From the NCBI GenBank assembly GCA_964016885.1, contig OZ024741.1:399466001-399530000 (forward strand): a stretch of DNA of 64,000 nt. The letters are read 5' to 3'. Positions 25,801 to 38,400 of the stretch are shown piece by piece. Every line of letters begins with the position of its first letter. Position 1 is the stretch's first letter. The notes under the pieces are model-generated. The model was not told the origin of the DNA and did not search any database. It saw only the letters and a list, made by a program, of their open reading frames with translations. Position numbers and translations under genes: made by a program. The DNA comes from Eledone cirrhosa (taxonomy: Eukaryota).

Positions 25801-28800
25801 TGTTGTACTGTGGTGTTGTACTGTATGTGTTGTACTGTGTGTGTTGTACTGTGTGTGTTGTACTGTGTGTGTTGTACTGTGTGTGTGTTCTACTGTGTGT
25901 GTTGTACTGTGTGTGTTGTACTGTGTGTGTGCTGTATTGTGTGTGTTGTACTGTCTGTGTGTTGTACTGTGTGTGTATTGTACTGTGTGTGTTGTACTGT
26001 GTGTGTTGTTCTGTGTGTGTTGTAATGTGTGTTGTACACTGTGTGTGTTGTACTGTGTGTGTTGTACTATGTGTGTTGTACTGTGTCTGTTGTACTGTGT
26101 GTGTTGTACTGTGTGTGTTAACTGTGTGTGTGTACTTTGTGGATGTTGTACTGTGTGTGTGTTGTACTGTATGTGTTGTACTCTGTGTGTGTTGTATTGT
26201 GTGTGTTGTACTGTGTGTGTTGTACAGTGTGTGTTGTACTGTGTGTGTTTTACTGTGTGTGTTTTACAGTGTGTGTTGTAATGTGTGTTTTACAATGTGT
26301 GTGTTGTACTGTGTGTGTTGTACTGTGTGTGTTGTACTGTGTGTGTTATACTGTGTGTGTTGTACTGTGTGTGTCTTGTACTGTGTGTGTGATACTGTGT
26401 GTGTTGTACTGTGTGTGTGTGGTACTGTGTGTTGTACTGTGTGTGTTGTACTGTGTGTGTTGTACTGTGTGTGTGTTGTACTGTGTGTGTTGTACTGTGT
26501 GAGTTGTACTCTGTGTGTGTTGTATCGTGTGTGTTGTACTGTGTGTGTTGTACTTTGTGTGTGTTCTACTGTGTGTGTTGCACTGTGTTTGTTGTACAGT
26601 GTGTTTGTTGTACTGGATGTGTTGTACTGTGTGTGTTGTACTGTGTGTGTTTTACTGTGTGTGTTTTACTGTGTGAGTTGTACTGTGTGTTTTATACTGT
26701 GTGTGTTGTACTCTGTGTGTTGTACTGTGTGTGTTGTACAGTGTGTTTTGTACCGTGTGTGTGTTGTACTGTGTGTGTTGTACTGTGTGTGTTGTACTGT
26801 GTGTGTTGTCCTGTGTGTGTCTTGTACTGTATGTGTGTTGTACAGTGTGTGTTGTCCTGCGTGTGTGTTGTATTGTGTGTGTTGTACTGTGTGTGTGTTC
26901 TACTGTGTGTGTGTTGTACTGTGTGTGTGTTGTACCCTGTTGGTTGTACTGTGTGTGTTGTACTGTGTGTGTGTTGTACTGTGTGTGTTTCTTACTGTGT
27001 GTGTTGTACTGTGTTGTTGTACTGTATGTGTTCTACTGTGTGTGTTGTACAGTGTGTGTTCTACTGTGTGTGTTGTACTGTGTGTGTTGTACTGTGTGTG
27101 TTGTACTGTGTGTGTTGTACTGTGTGTGTGCTGTATTGTGTGTGTTGTACTGTGTGTGTGTTGTACTGTGTGTGTGTTGTACTGTGTGTGTTGTACTGTG
27201 TGTGTTGTTCTGTGTGTGTTGTAATGTGTGTTGTACACTGTGTGTGTTGTACTGTGTGTGTTGTACTGTGTGTGTTGTACTCTGTCTGTTGTACTGTGTG
27301 TGTTGTACTGTGTGTGTTAACTGTGTGTGTGTACTTTGTGGATATTGTACTGTGTGTGTGTTGTACTGTATGTGTTGTACTCTGTGTGTGCTGTACTGTG
27401 TATGTGTTGTACAGTGTGTGTTGTCCTGTGTGTATGTTGTATTGTGTGTGTTGTAGTGTGTGTGTTGTACTGTGTGTGTTGTACTGTGTGTGTTGTACTG
27501 TGTGTGTTTTACTGTGTGTGTTTTACAGTGTGTGTTGTAATGTGTGTTTTACAATGTGTGTGTTGTACTGTGTGTGTTGTATAGTGTGTGTTGTACAGTG
27601 TGTTTTGTACTGTGTGTGTGTTGTACTGTGTGTGTTGTACTGTGTGTGTTGTACTGTGTGTGTTGTCCTGTGTGTGTGCTGTACTGTGTGTGTGTTGTAC
27701 AGTGTGTGTTGTCCTGTGTGTGTGTTGTATTGTGTGTGTTGTACTCTGTGTGTTGTACTGTGTGTGTTGTACTGTGTGTGTTTTACTGTGTGTGTTTTAC
27801 TGTGTGTGTTGTAATGTGTGTTTTACACTGTGTGTGTTGTACTGTGTGTGTTGTACTGTGTGTGTTGTACAGTGTGTTTTGTACTGTGTGTGTGTTGTAC
27901 TGTGTGTGTTGTACTGTGTGTGTTGTACTGTGTGTATTGTACTGTGTGTGTGTTGTACTGTGTGTGTGGTGTACTGTGTGTGTGTTGTACCCTGTTGGTC
28001 GTACTGTGTGTGTTGTAATGTGTGTATGTTGTACTGTGTGTGTTGTACTGTGTGTGTTGTACTGTGTGTGTGTTGTACTGTGTGTGTGTTTTACTGTGTG
28101 TGTTGTACTGTGGTGTTGTACTGTATGTGTTGTACTGTGTGTGTTGTACAGTGTGTGTTGTACTGTGTGTGTTGTACTGTGTGTGTTGTACTGTGTGTGT
28201 GTTGTACTGTGTGTGTCTTGTACTGTGTGTGTGTTGTACCCTGTTTGTTGTACTGTGTGTGTTGTAATGTGTGTGTGTTGTACTGTGTGTGTTGTACTGT
28301 GTGTGTTGTACTGTGTGTGTGTTGTACTGTGTGTGTGTTTTACTGTGTGTGTTGTACTGTGGTGTTGTACTGTATGTGTTGTACTGTGTGTGTTGTACTG
28401 TGTGTGTTGTACTCTATGTGTTGTAATGTGTGTGTGTTCTACTGTGTGTGTTGTACTGTGTGTGTTGTACTGTGTGTGTGTTGTATTGTGTGTGTTGTAC
28501 TGTGTGTGTGTTGTACTGTGTGTGTTGTACTGTGTGTGTTGTTCTGTGTGTGTTGTACTGTGAGTGTGTTGTACTGTGTGTGTTGTACTGTGTGTGTTGT
28601 ACTGTGTCTGTTGTACTGTGTGTGTTGTACTGTATGTGTCTTGTACTCTTTGTGTTGTACTGTGTGTGTGTTGTACTGTGTGTGGTGTACTGTGTGTGTT
28701 GTACTGTTTGTGTGTTGTACTGTATGCGTTGTACTGTGAGTGTGTTGTACTGTGTGTGTTGTACTGTGTGTGTTGTAATTTGTGTTGTACTGTGTGTGTG

Positions 28801-28920
28801 GTACTGTGTATTTGTTGTACTGTGTGTTTTGTACTGTGTGTTGTACTGTGTGTATGTTGTACTGTGTGTGTTGTACTGTGTGTGTGTTGTACTGTGTATG
28901 TTGTACTGTGTGTGTTGTTA
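1864..28920. repeat. ~27 kb satellite of TTGTAC(TG)n units (mainly 14 and 16 bp) with higher-order duplications
   Basis: Continuous TTGTACTGTGTGTG(TG) units with variants TTTTAC, TTGTAA, TTGTACAG, TTCTAC and others. Identical ORF translations recur at 1102-bp and 513-bp offsets. Confidence 0.99.
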
Positions 28921-29030
28921 CATCCTTTTGGGGTCGATGAATTAAGTACCAGTTGTGTACTAGGATCGATGCAATCGACTGAACCCTAAACCCCAAATTT
29001 CATGCCTTGTTCCTATAGTAGAAATGATTA
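28921..29030 (+). mobile_element. SINE 3' half (Nin/Deu-like domain), headless, abutting the satellite
   Basis: CATCCTTTTGGGGTCGATGAATTAAGTACCAG...GCCTTGTTCCTATAGTAGAAA matches the copies at 31714, 51335, 51567 and 62840. Confidence 0.75.
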
Positions 29031-29132
29031 GAACTGGTGAAAATGTTCACCCACCACCACGTTTGGCCCTCTGTGCCTCTCCTCCAGGACGTAATAGCCC
29101 TTTTGTGTCCTTGAGTTTGAGACCCATCTTCT

Positions 29133-29135
29133 ACA

Positions 29136-29234
<99 letters not shown>
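29133..29234. repeat. (CA)n microsatellite
   Basis: Near-pure CA run. Confidence 0.97.
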
Positions 29235-29379
29235 ATATATTTTACTTATTTTCTGTCTCTGGACTACGCCCATGCTGGAGTATCACCTTGGTAAGTTATG
29301 AGGACATCAACAAACCAACAAGCATTGGTAGGAGGGCAAACACAAACGCAAAGATACACACAGACATATATACATATAT

Positions 29380-29497
29380 ACGACGGGCTTCTTTTAGTTT
29401 CGATCTATCAAATCCACTCACGGGGCTTTGGTCGGCTCGGGCATTGGGACTGAACCCGGAAATATGTGGTTGGGAAACAAGCTTCTTGTCACACTGC
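29380..29497 (-). mobile_element. Internally deleted tRNA-derived SINE
   Basis: Minus strand has a tRNA-like head with B-box GGGTTCAGTCCC. The body ends in ...AGAAGCCCGTCG followed by a TA/TG tail. Family recognition is from memory. Confidence 0.6.
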
Positions 29498-29584
<87 letters not shown>

Positions 29585-29709
29585 ATATATATATTATACA
29601 CACATATATATATATATATAGTTGTGTATAATGGTAGCTATGGTTCTTCCATAGGCGGTATGCCAAAATTAGCACTCGATATTCAGCAGAGTAGAGTGTA
29701 GATATTATT

Positions 29710-29930
29710 AAGAAAACGAAAAATCAGTGATGCATCTGGACTTAATTTATTGCGTGTTACAATTGTTTCGCCGGCATGTAGCTCGAAACATGGTCCCTGT
29801 ATGGATCTGGCTGATTCTACTTCTGCGGGTTCTTTCAGACACAAGGACCATGTCTCGAGCTACCTGCCAGCGAAACATTTGTAATACGCAATAAATTAAG
29901 TCCAGATGCATCACTGATTTTTCGTTTTCT

Positions 29931-29931
<1 letters not shown>
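29710..29931. mobile_element. Fold-back element (~90-bp inverted arms), PLE-end-like
   Basis: 29710-29800 is the reverse complement of 29841-29931 with few mismatches. The right arm reads GCCAGCGAAACATTTGTA...AATAAA and runs into (TA)n. Confidence 0.7.
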
Positions 29932-29987
<56 letters not shown>

Positions 29988-30136
29988 ATATATATGCGAT
30001 GAAATACCAATGATGGTTGGCAAATCACTGATGAGGGACTAATTGTATAATATGTAACCCATGTGCAACCACGCAGTATTCCTCTAACCTTGTTTTTCAT
30101 ATATATATATATATAAAAATATATGTATGTATGTAG

Positions 30137-30188
<52 letters not shown>

Positions 30189-30435
30189 ATTTATATATAT
30201 ATATATGCGTGTAGATTTATATATATATATATATATCTACATACATACATATATACATAAATTTACATATGTATATAGCTATGCATTTATACATTTGTAT
30301 ATATACGTGCATTTATATTTAAGTGTGTAAGGATGTGGATATGATCTGTCTTCTTTTTTTGGTAAGGAGAACATTTTTGTCGCCAGATTTTATTACCTAC
30401 GGAGATAAATACCACAGCTCTGGCTGAAAGCTGAC

Positions 30436-31118
30436 CAGGTTCTCAACTTCATCAAACACTAACGCCGGCCTGTGTGTGTATATATATGTGTGTGCGTATA
30501 TATGTGTATATGTGTGTGTAAGTATGTATGTATGTGTGTGTATGTTCACCACCATTTCTTCTTCTTGTCATTTCTGTTGAAGTAGTGCTTACTTTCATTC
30601 TCTTTGATTTCTTTTGATTTTCTTTTATCTCCCTAGGGAATTCGTTGATGAGCTTCTTTAATTTATTTTCTTTGTTTTCTTCAATCAAATCACTGATTGT
30701 CTAAGAGACGTACAGATATGACTTATAAAACATACCAAACTAAAAGGGCTTCTAGCGCCCTCAAAGTTCCAAACGCCCCCTACTGCATAACGCCCCCTAA
30801 CGCCCCCTCACTGCATAACGCCCCTCTAGGGCTACGACCCCCCTCCCGGCGGGGGGGGGGGACATATGTCCCCCGTTGAGAACCTTTAATTTATTTTCTT
30901 TGTTTTCTTCATTCAAATCACTGATTGTCTAAGAGACGTACAAATATGACTTATAAAACATACCAAACTAAAAGGGCTTCTAGTGCCCTCAAAGTTCCAA
31001 ACGACCCCTACTGCATAACGCCCCCTAACGCCCCCTTACTGCATAACGCCCATCTAGGGCTACGACCCCCTCCCGGCGTGTGGGGGGGGGGGGGACATAT
31101 GTCCCCCGTTGAGAACCT
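30436..31118. mobile_element. Possible hAT-type non-autonomous element with tandemly duplicated right end
   Basis: AGGTTCTCAAC (30437) is inverted as GTTGAGAACCT (30875 and 31108). Subterminal AACGCCCC repeats and a ~228-bp tandem duplication (30656-31126) are present. Confidence 0.5.
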
Positions 31119-31713
31119 TTAATTTAAACGAAGAATCAGGAGAAATATTTTACTATGATATAAGATAAGTGTCAGAGAAACAGCAGGGAAGGTACATGTA
31201 TGGTAGCTACTGCTGGAAGACTCTTTTACTATATTTTAGTGTATTGTACCATAGAAAATATTTTTAAAAAGTTGTTTTCTTTGTTGACTAACCGATTATT
31301 TTAAATGGCTTATGTTTAGTTTTGAGTTACAATTACTACAGATTCTAATTCAGTGGGTTGTCAGTTCTCAGTTTTTGTGCTGAAATAAACTGATTTAGTA
31401 ATATATGAATGGTTTAATAGCATCTATATTGTCATTCTTAATCAAAGTAATTTGATCAGAAATTAATTAGAGCTGACGGGATTAATTCGATGTCATTTTG
31501 GGAATTACCGGTTCAAGTTTACAAACAAATAGTCTTTTGCGATCTTGTCCGGGGGGGGGGGGGGGGCAGAGCACTAACATCACCGCGCCCTAGGCTTACA
31601 GCCCATCACCCTCCTCCCCCCATTCTTCTGTGACTCTAGAGCCTTCACCTTTCCGCCCCTTTTCCGTTTTTAATCATTAATAGAGATAAAATAATTTCAA
31701 ACTGTCATTATGT

Positions 31714-31880
31714 CAGGGTCGGACGCCGTGCTTTGACGCATAGAGTTATGGCCCTTGCCATTCTGAGTTCAAATCCTACTGAGGTTAACTTTGCCTTTCA
31801 TCCTTACGGGGTCGATAAAATAAAGTACCAGTAATTCACTGGAATAATTGCTGGCCTTGTGCCAAAAGTAGAAACAATTA
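31714..31880 (+). mobile_element. tRNA-derived SINE (Nin/Deu-like domain)
   Basis: B-box GAGTTCAAATCC, then GCCTTTCATCCTTACGGGGTCGATAAAATAAAGTACCAG and tail GGCCTTGTGCCAAAAGTAGAAAC. Same subfamily as 51567-51756. Confidence 0.8.
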
Positions 31881-32680
31881 TGTCTAAATTCTAAGGGACT
31901 AGAGTGGACTGTTCTATTGAGATGACAAAACGCCGTTCCCGAGTAGATACACCAGCATATAACGGGGTACAGTGTATCTTCAAAACTAGCGGTGATATAC
32001 CAAAACGGGTGAAATATTTAGAATGAGCGCCCCAAATATATCCAAGAATATGTCTAACTTTCAAGACAACATATTTCAACCACATTACCGCCATTTTGTT
32101 TTATTTGTTTTTTACTGAAGCAATATTAATTGTATAAAATATATCTTGTCACTTCATCCACCCTAAACCCTCTAAAATAGTTAGAATAAACGTTACTCGC
32201 CATCATAAATAAGAAAGGTGGAAAGACGGGAGAGAAAACATCGACGAGAAGAAATAAAAGAATACCTCGCCAAAGAAAGGAAAAAAGAAAAGTAAGAAAT
32301 ATAGAACGATGTCTCAACAAAATAATAAAAACGAAATTTAGTGTAGTTAAATCGTTGACATTACAGCTAATGTCTAGTGTCGTTTTAGTGTGCTTTGATA
32401 TGATATCGTCTGATATAATTTGTAAGCAGCAGATATATTTTATGACAGTGATATCAGGAGAGTTACATCTCTTCTGTTGATCCTATCATCATATAACATC
32501 ACGTAACTACAGTAAAACATTCTAGAATGATATTTCTTCCTGTCAACATCTTTTCCATATTTCTTATTTCATCTGAAACTCTAGGGGCCTTTCTCTCTTT
32601 CTCTTCTGGCTATTTACTTTCTTTTCCCCTTCTTGCTCATACATAAATCCCACACAACCACACGCAGAAATTCATGCAAT

Positions 32681-32740
<60 letters not shown>

Positions 32741-32743
<3 letters not shown>

Positions 32744-33414
32744 TTAAGTCGTTTGGAAGCCTCGACAATGCAGATGGGTAAATCTCCGGGTAACAAGATC
32801 CGGTGGTGGAGAGAGAGATGTAAGTGGGTGTACGTTGAGATGCGTGGCGTGTATAAGACTGTAACGTGTAGAGGAATGAAGGAAAGAGCGTAAAGGATAA
32901 AATTAAAATAACAACACGAGAAAGAGTTACCTTGGGAGAGAGTTAATTGTCCCTATATATTTCGGATTCACATCCATCAACTGGGGTTTTTTCCGTGGGT
33001 GGGGGGAAAGGTTGTCTGTCGGAAAGGTGCGAAACGTGTCCTCCGCTGTTCGTTGTTTTGAATATCTGAGGTATACCTCAGATATACCTCAGATATTCAA
33101 AACAACGAACAGCGGAGGACACGTTTCGAACCTTTCTGACAGACAACCTTCCCCCCTCCCGAAAAAATCCCCAGTTGATGGATGCGAATCCGAAATATAT
33201 AGGGACAATTAAATCTCTCCCAAGGTAAGTCTTTCTCGTGTTGTTATTTTTATTTTATCCTTTACGCTCTTTCCTTCATTCCTCTACACGTTACAGTCTT
33301 ATACACGCCACGCATCTCAACGTACACCCACTTACATCTCTCTCTCCACCACCGGATCTTGTTACCCGGAGATTTACCCATCTGCATTGTCGAGGCTTCC
33401 AAACGACTTAAAGA
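32741..33414. mobile_element. ~670-bp near-perfect palindrome; inverted PLE pseudo-LTR-like remnant
   Basis: Arms of ~330 bp meet at 33060-33098, with (TA)n on the left and 46 bp beyond the right end. The right arm has a hammerhead-like motif (33168-33205), ATTAAA and a splice donor AAG|GTAAGT (33225). Confidence 0.8.
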
Positions 33415-33457
33415 AATTTACCTTATCATTCCACAATGCTTCAAGCAAACTTCAATA

Positions 33458-33498
<41 letters not shown>

Positions 33499-33887
33499 CC
33501 TGGCCTCGTGCCAAAAGTAGAAACAATTAATCTGTGAGAGTCCTGGTTATCGAGTTGAGCTCTGCTGAGGATTGAAATCCAACCGTGACCATATCCACTG
33601 AAAGTTTTCATGAAATAGTCTTTAAGACTATACAGAGCATTTGAAGTTTTTCCAAATTGAAGGATGAGTATTTTAGACTTTATTTTATCATGAGTTAAGG
33701 CTCTATTGATTTTTCCCTGGATTTCACTAAATTCTGTGGATGAATTTATATCCTGATTCTCTTTGAGATGAGTTTGAATTATTTTAACCACATCTTACGT
33801 TAACGATTTTTCCCATTTTGACGCTATAGTCGCATATATGTTATGGAAAACTGTTAGCTTCTCGCTACAACAATTTCTATACCTTTC

Positions 33888-33921
<34 letters not shown>

Positions 33922-34121
33922 GATATATCTATCTATCTATCTATCATTCTGTCTGACGCGTGGAACATCGCCGGTAAGCTTTTTTGTTAATTTCTATGCA
34001 AAAAACCGAACTAATTGCTTGAAAAAACATAACATTTTGTAGATTAACCCCCAAGCTGAATTGTCAGCTGGGTGGTAATCCCCTATTGTTTTAAAATATC
34101 AAATGTTACAAACTAAATAAC

Positions 34122-35486
34122 TTGAGCAACACAAGAACGCTGGAGAACGTCAATAGAGAAAAGAGAGAGAAAGAGGCAGATATTAACGTTATATCTGCTT
34201 CTGCTACTATGGACGTCGCCATAGATACGACTGTCAACAAAGAGGAAAATATATTACCACTTGAAGATTTTAAAATGTCTACCGTCGAAGCGGAGAAAAA
34301 TAACAATAACACACAGGAAAACATAGGAATTAAACCCCTTAACATACATACACATGAAAAAGACATCAACAACTCTACAGATACATCTACACATAATGTT
34401 TCACCTCGACAAGGAACTAAGATTTCCAACACCGAGGCTAACAACGATAACAACAACAACAACAGCAACACCACACAAAAAAAGAAATTGTCTTTCGCTG
34501 AAACATTGAACAAAAAACAAGATTTTATAAATCTTGATATCTCCAACGCAAGAGATATGCTCCAGCAAGGGAGAAAATTTGTAACTTTCGAAGAAAAAGG
34601 CGGGTTTAGAATTAACTCACCTCTTGATATAAAGGAAGACACAATTCGCAGATCAGTCACCTTTAGGACTGTGTCAAATTCCACAAGAAAGCCGACATTT
34701 GTTAGCCAAGCATATAGAAGCTACTTTCAAGGAAATTCTAGCAAATATCGATTTTCCCCAGCGGGGAAAATAATACGGAGGTGTTTCCGTACTGTTTAAA
34801 AGCGAAGCACTCGCCCCAAAACATTCTGTGACACCAATGGTGTCAAAAGCATACACCTTTTCCCCTACATACATGGGAAAAGGACACAAAAAATAAAAAT
34901 AAAAAACATACCCCCAAACATTAACATCTGGTGGATCTTGGCTGGCTTCGTAGAGGCAGAAACGGATATGATTCTTTCGATACGAAAATCTATTCGACAA
35001 AGGTGGGCGGGTACTGATTTGGAGATTCTGTTGCAAATGAAACCGGAGAGAATCTCCAAAATACCTGAAAGAGTCGTCATCGATGAAAACAACAAAATAA
35101 ACATTTCGATAGAAGGACGAACATTTCATTGCTTTCGCTGTGGTAGCACAGCACACCTAAAAGCCTCTTGGCCACAAACACACAACAACATCATTAAAAA
35201 AACATTATTACCAACACCAACACCAAAACAACCACCACCACCACAAGTAAAACAACAGACGAAACGACCAACCACACCAAAACAAACAGACACTCAACCA
35301 ACAACAACAGAAAAAACAGAGACAACACCCCTGAAGAACACAGCCCCACTCCATCCCACTCCATCAAACACTACCACAAACACACACACCGAAACACCAC
35401 CCAACATACCCCTACCCCACACACCTGACGATGATTATTCATCAACAGATGAAGCTGCTTCTCCTTCTTTAAATAAAGAAGAGGGA
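34122..35486 (+). pseudogene. Tx1-like ORF1 (gag-like), frameshifted and 3'-deleted
   Basis: Zinc knuckle CFRCGSTAHLKASW (last Cys changed to Trp) and a Pro/Thr-rich tail. Pieces lie in different frames (34122-34799, 34938 onward). Confidence 0.8.
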
Positions 35487-38400
35487 TCACGGCCAGACTT
35501 CTTTAAACGTCTAGAGTCTTTTCTGGGAACGTCTCGCTCCTTAATTTTAGTGGAGGACTGGAATGGTATCCTAGATGCACGATGGGACTATGTAGGAGCC
35601 TGTCCCAGTAGAGCCGGGTACAATAGCCTCAAAACTTTAATCGGCCAATTCCAACTGGCCGATAGGTATCGACTGGATTTCCCAACTGCACGACAGTGGA
35701 CGTGGGCAAACCGCAGTGGGACATCTAGATCGTATTTAGATAGGTTTTTCATTAGAGAAAGGGAGAAGGAAATGTTAAGCTGTCCACGAATGCACATGGT
35801 TGCCTATTCAGATCACAAATTAGTCGTCTGCTTAGTCAACTGTGATAGAATACATAGACAGGGACCCGGATACTGGAAGCTGAACGTGTCGTTGCCGGCA
35901 CGTAAAACTTACAGTGAACGGATAAGTAGACTAGTCAAGCAACAGTTAACGGGAGCCATCGTCAACAATAGATGGTGGTACTCTCTCAAGAAAGCAATTA
36001 GAATAGAATCGATAGGGTATAGCAGAGAGTTAGCCTTAGAGAAAAACAGAATAGAAAGAGAACTAGTAGCCAAGGTAGAGGAGGCACTTAGAAGTGGCAA
36101 CGCGGCTAGAGTGTTAGCGTCGAGAACGGCACTGGACCAATTCTTCGATGCGAAACACGAAGGCTGCGTGGTCAGAAGCAAAACACGTGTTCTAGGAAAC
36201 GAAGGAGCGAAAGCTGTCAGCTGGGCTCGAGTGGCGGAGGCGAAAAGTGGCAACAAGTCCACGATTTGGTCTTTGAAAGACCAAAACGGACGCGTGCTAC
36301 TTGACCCCAAGCAAATGTGCGCGCCCTTTCAGCGGCACTTTGCGCGACTGTTTGAGCAGAACGACGGTGAGTCGAACGAGGCAATGGACTCTAGTTCATA
36401 CCTCGACGACCTGCCGCGTCTCTCGAACACAGACGCCGAGTTCTGCGAAAGACCGATCACGGACACTGAGATACGGGACGCTCTGGGGCGCTGCGGGAAA
36501 TACAAGTCACCCGGTATAGATGGTCTACCCTACGAGTTTTACATAGGCATGCCAGACTTGTTCTCTGGCGTACTCGAAGCTGTCTACTGCAATTGGCAAC
36601 AGAACGGGAGAATTCCCAGTTCTGCAGGAAAGGGCGTAGTAACGCTGATCAACAAAGACGAGGACAAGGGGGCCAAAATTAACAACTTCAGGCCCATAAC
36701 TCTGCTCCACACAGAGTTTAAGATTTTGGCCAAGGTGCTAGCGACTAGGTTGGCGCTTGTCGTCGAGACCTGGTAGGGAAAGCGCAAACGTGTGCAATCC
36801 CGACCAGGTCCATACACGACAATCTCCACCTCATGCGATATATCATAGAGAGGGTAGGTAGTAAACCCGGCTTCGCTGGGGCTCTGATCAACTTGGATCA
36901 GTCTAAAGCATTCGATAGGGTCGACCATCCACACATGGAAGTGGCTCTCAAGGCGGCCGGTTTCAATCCCGTTTTCAGAGGCTGGATCGAGGCGATGCAC
37001 ACCAGCATCTGATCGAGCGTCAAGGTGAACGGCTACCTATCGGAGCCGTTCACAATCACCCGTTCCATTCGACAGGGGTGCCCCCTCTCCTCCATTCTGA
37101 ATGTATTGACTCTAGAGCCACTACTGCGGAAATTGGAGCTGTTGCAGGGCATCCCTCTAGAACCGGGACTGCGCAAAGCGGCGTCGGCTTATGCCGACGA
37201 CGTGACGGTTATGGTGTCGAGCACCTCGGAAATCGGGATGATCGGCAACTTACTGAAAGAATACGAAACTAAAGCCGGACAAGTCTGTAGGTTTGCAACT
37301 CGGTACGTGCAGAGGCAAACCGATGACGTCCGACAGCGTCTTTGGACGCTGGACGGACGGACCGGTGAAATTGCTCGGGGGTCTAGTTCGGTCCAGACCT
37401 CCAGGTGGAGAAAAACTGGAACGAGGTCACGGCCAAGGTGTTTACACTCACTCAGAAGTGGGCAGTGTGCAAACTGTCCTTGAAAGGTCGAGCGGAGGTG
37501 GCGAACACTTTCATAGCGTCCGTCGTCTACTACCGCTTGACTGCCGTGCCTTGTCCCCGTGAACACCTCGCCAAGATGGAACGCATGCTCTTCCAGTTTC
37601 TGTGGAAGAAGCAGGTTCCGCTGGTGAGGAGATCCGTCTGCTGTCAGCACCCTTCCAACGGAGGGCTGGGAATGCCGTGGCTGATGATGTGCAAACATGC
37701 GCTGAGGCTGCGGCATCTCCAGGTATTCCTCACCGACCCCCAACCGGTGTGGGCACCGTTTGTGAGACAGGCTTTCCCACAGCTCGTTTCGCTAACGGAG
37801 CTGCAGTCCTGGGTGAAGAAAAGACCGAAAACGATGGGCGCCTGGCACATTGAATGCGCTCAGGCGCTCACAGTCCTCTGGCAAGCGGGCGCAGCAATCA
37901 GTGGAGACTCCACTTCGACATTCTATAGAGGGATTGTACGTTACAAGGGCGACGACGTGCTCGGAGAGACTCTGGGCGTCGAAGACGATGAGCTCACCAG
38001 TCTGTTTGGTAGGACTTTCCGCCCGGGACCTATGGACAACTTCCAGAGGTCCCTGGCCTGGCAGTGCTACCGTGGAGCTCTACCGGTTCGTGACAAGATC
38101 TACAGGCACGGACGCCCTGGCAGGGATCCTTCCAAGAGGACGTGTCCAAGATGTGCGCAGGACATTGAAACAGTTCTGCACGCAATTGTACACTGCCCGG
38201 GCGCAAGCGACCTGTGGAACTATGCAGAACAACTGCTGTCGTGTATGGGACAAATCCAGTTGACTGCCGAGTCCAAAGTAAGGATCAAACCGCCAGACTC
38301 TTTCAAAAACGAAAGAGAGGCGGTTTTCCTCTGTACGGTGGCTATGGTTAAAGAAGTTATATGGTGGACGAGGTTGAGAGGACTGAGGACAGATGCCTTT

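Noticed and set aside
1864-28920. Telomeric repeat or CRISPR-like array
   Set aside because: No TTAGGG-type unit, the array is internal with unique flanks, there are no unique spacers, and the context is eukaryotic.
1800-28996. Very long Cys/Val-rich (+) and His/Thr/Gln-rich (-) ORFs, up to 1017 aa
   Set aside because: They are translations of the satellite: open in multiple frames, with 14/16-bp units that shift frame constantly.
30028-30075. CTGATGA-GGG...CCC between TA tracts as a hammerhead
   Set aside because: No GAAA follows stem II, so it is at most a remnant.
33459-33791. 110-aa minus-strand ORF as a host exon
   Set aside because: No recognisable motif, a stop lies just upstream, and it runs into a SINE tail and (TA)n.
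34040-34085. Twister or HDV ribozyme in the Tx1 5'UTR
   Set aside because: UAA and CCCAAGC words occur in family A only, and the required pseudoknot pairings were not found. Kept as an unknown hairpin motif.
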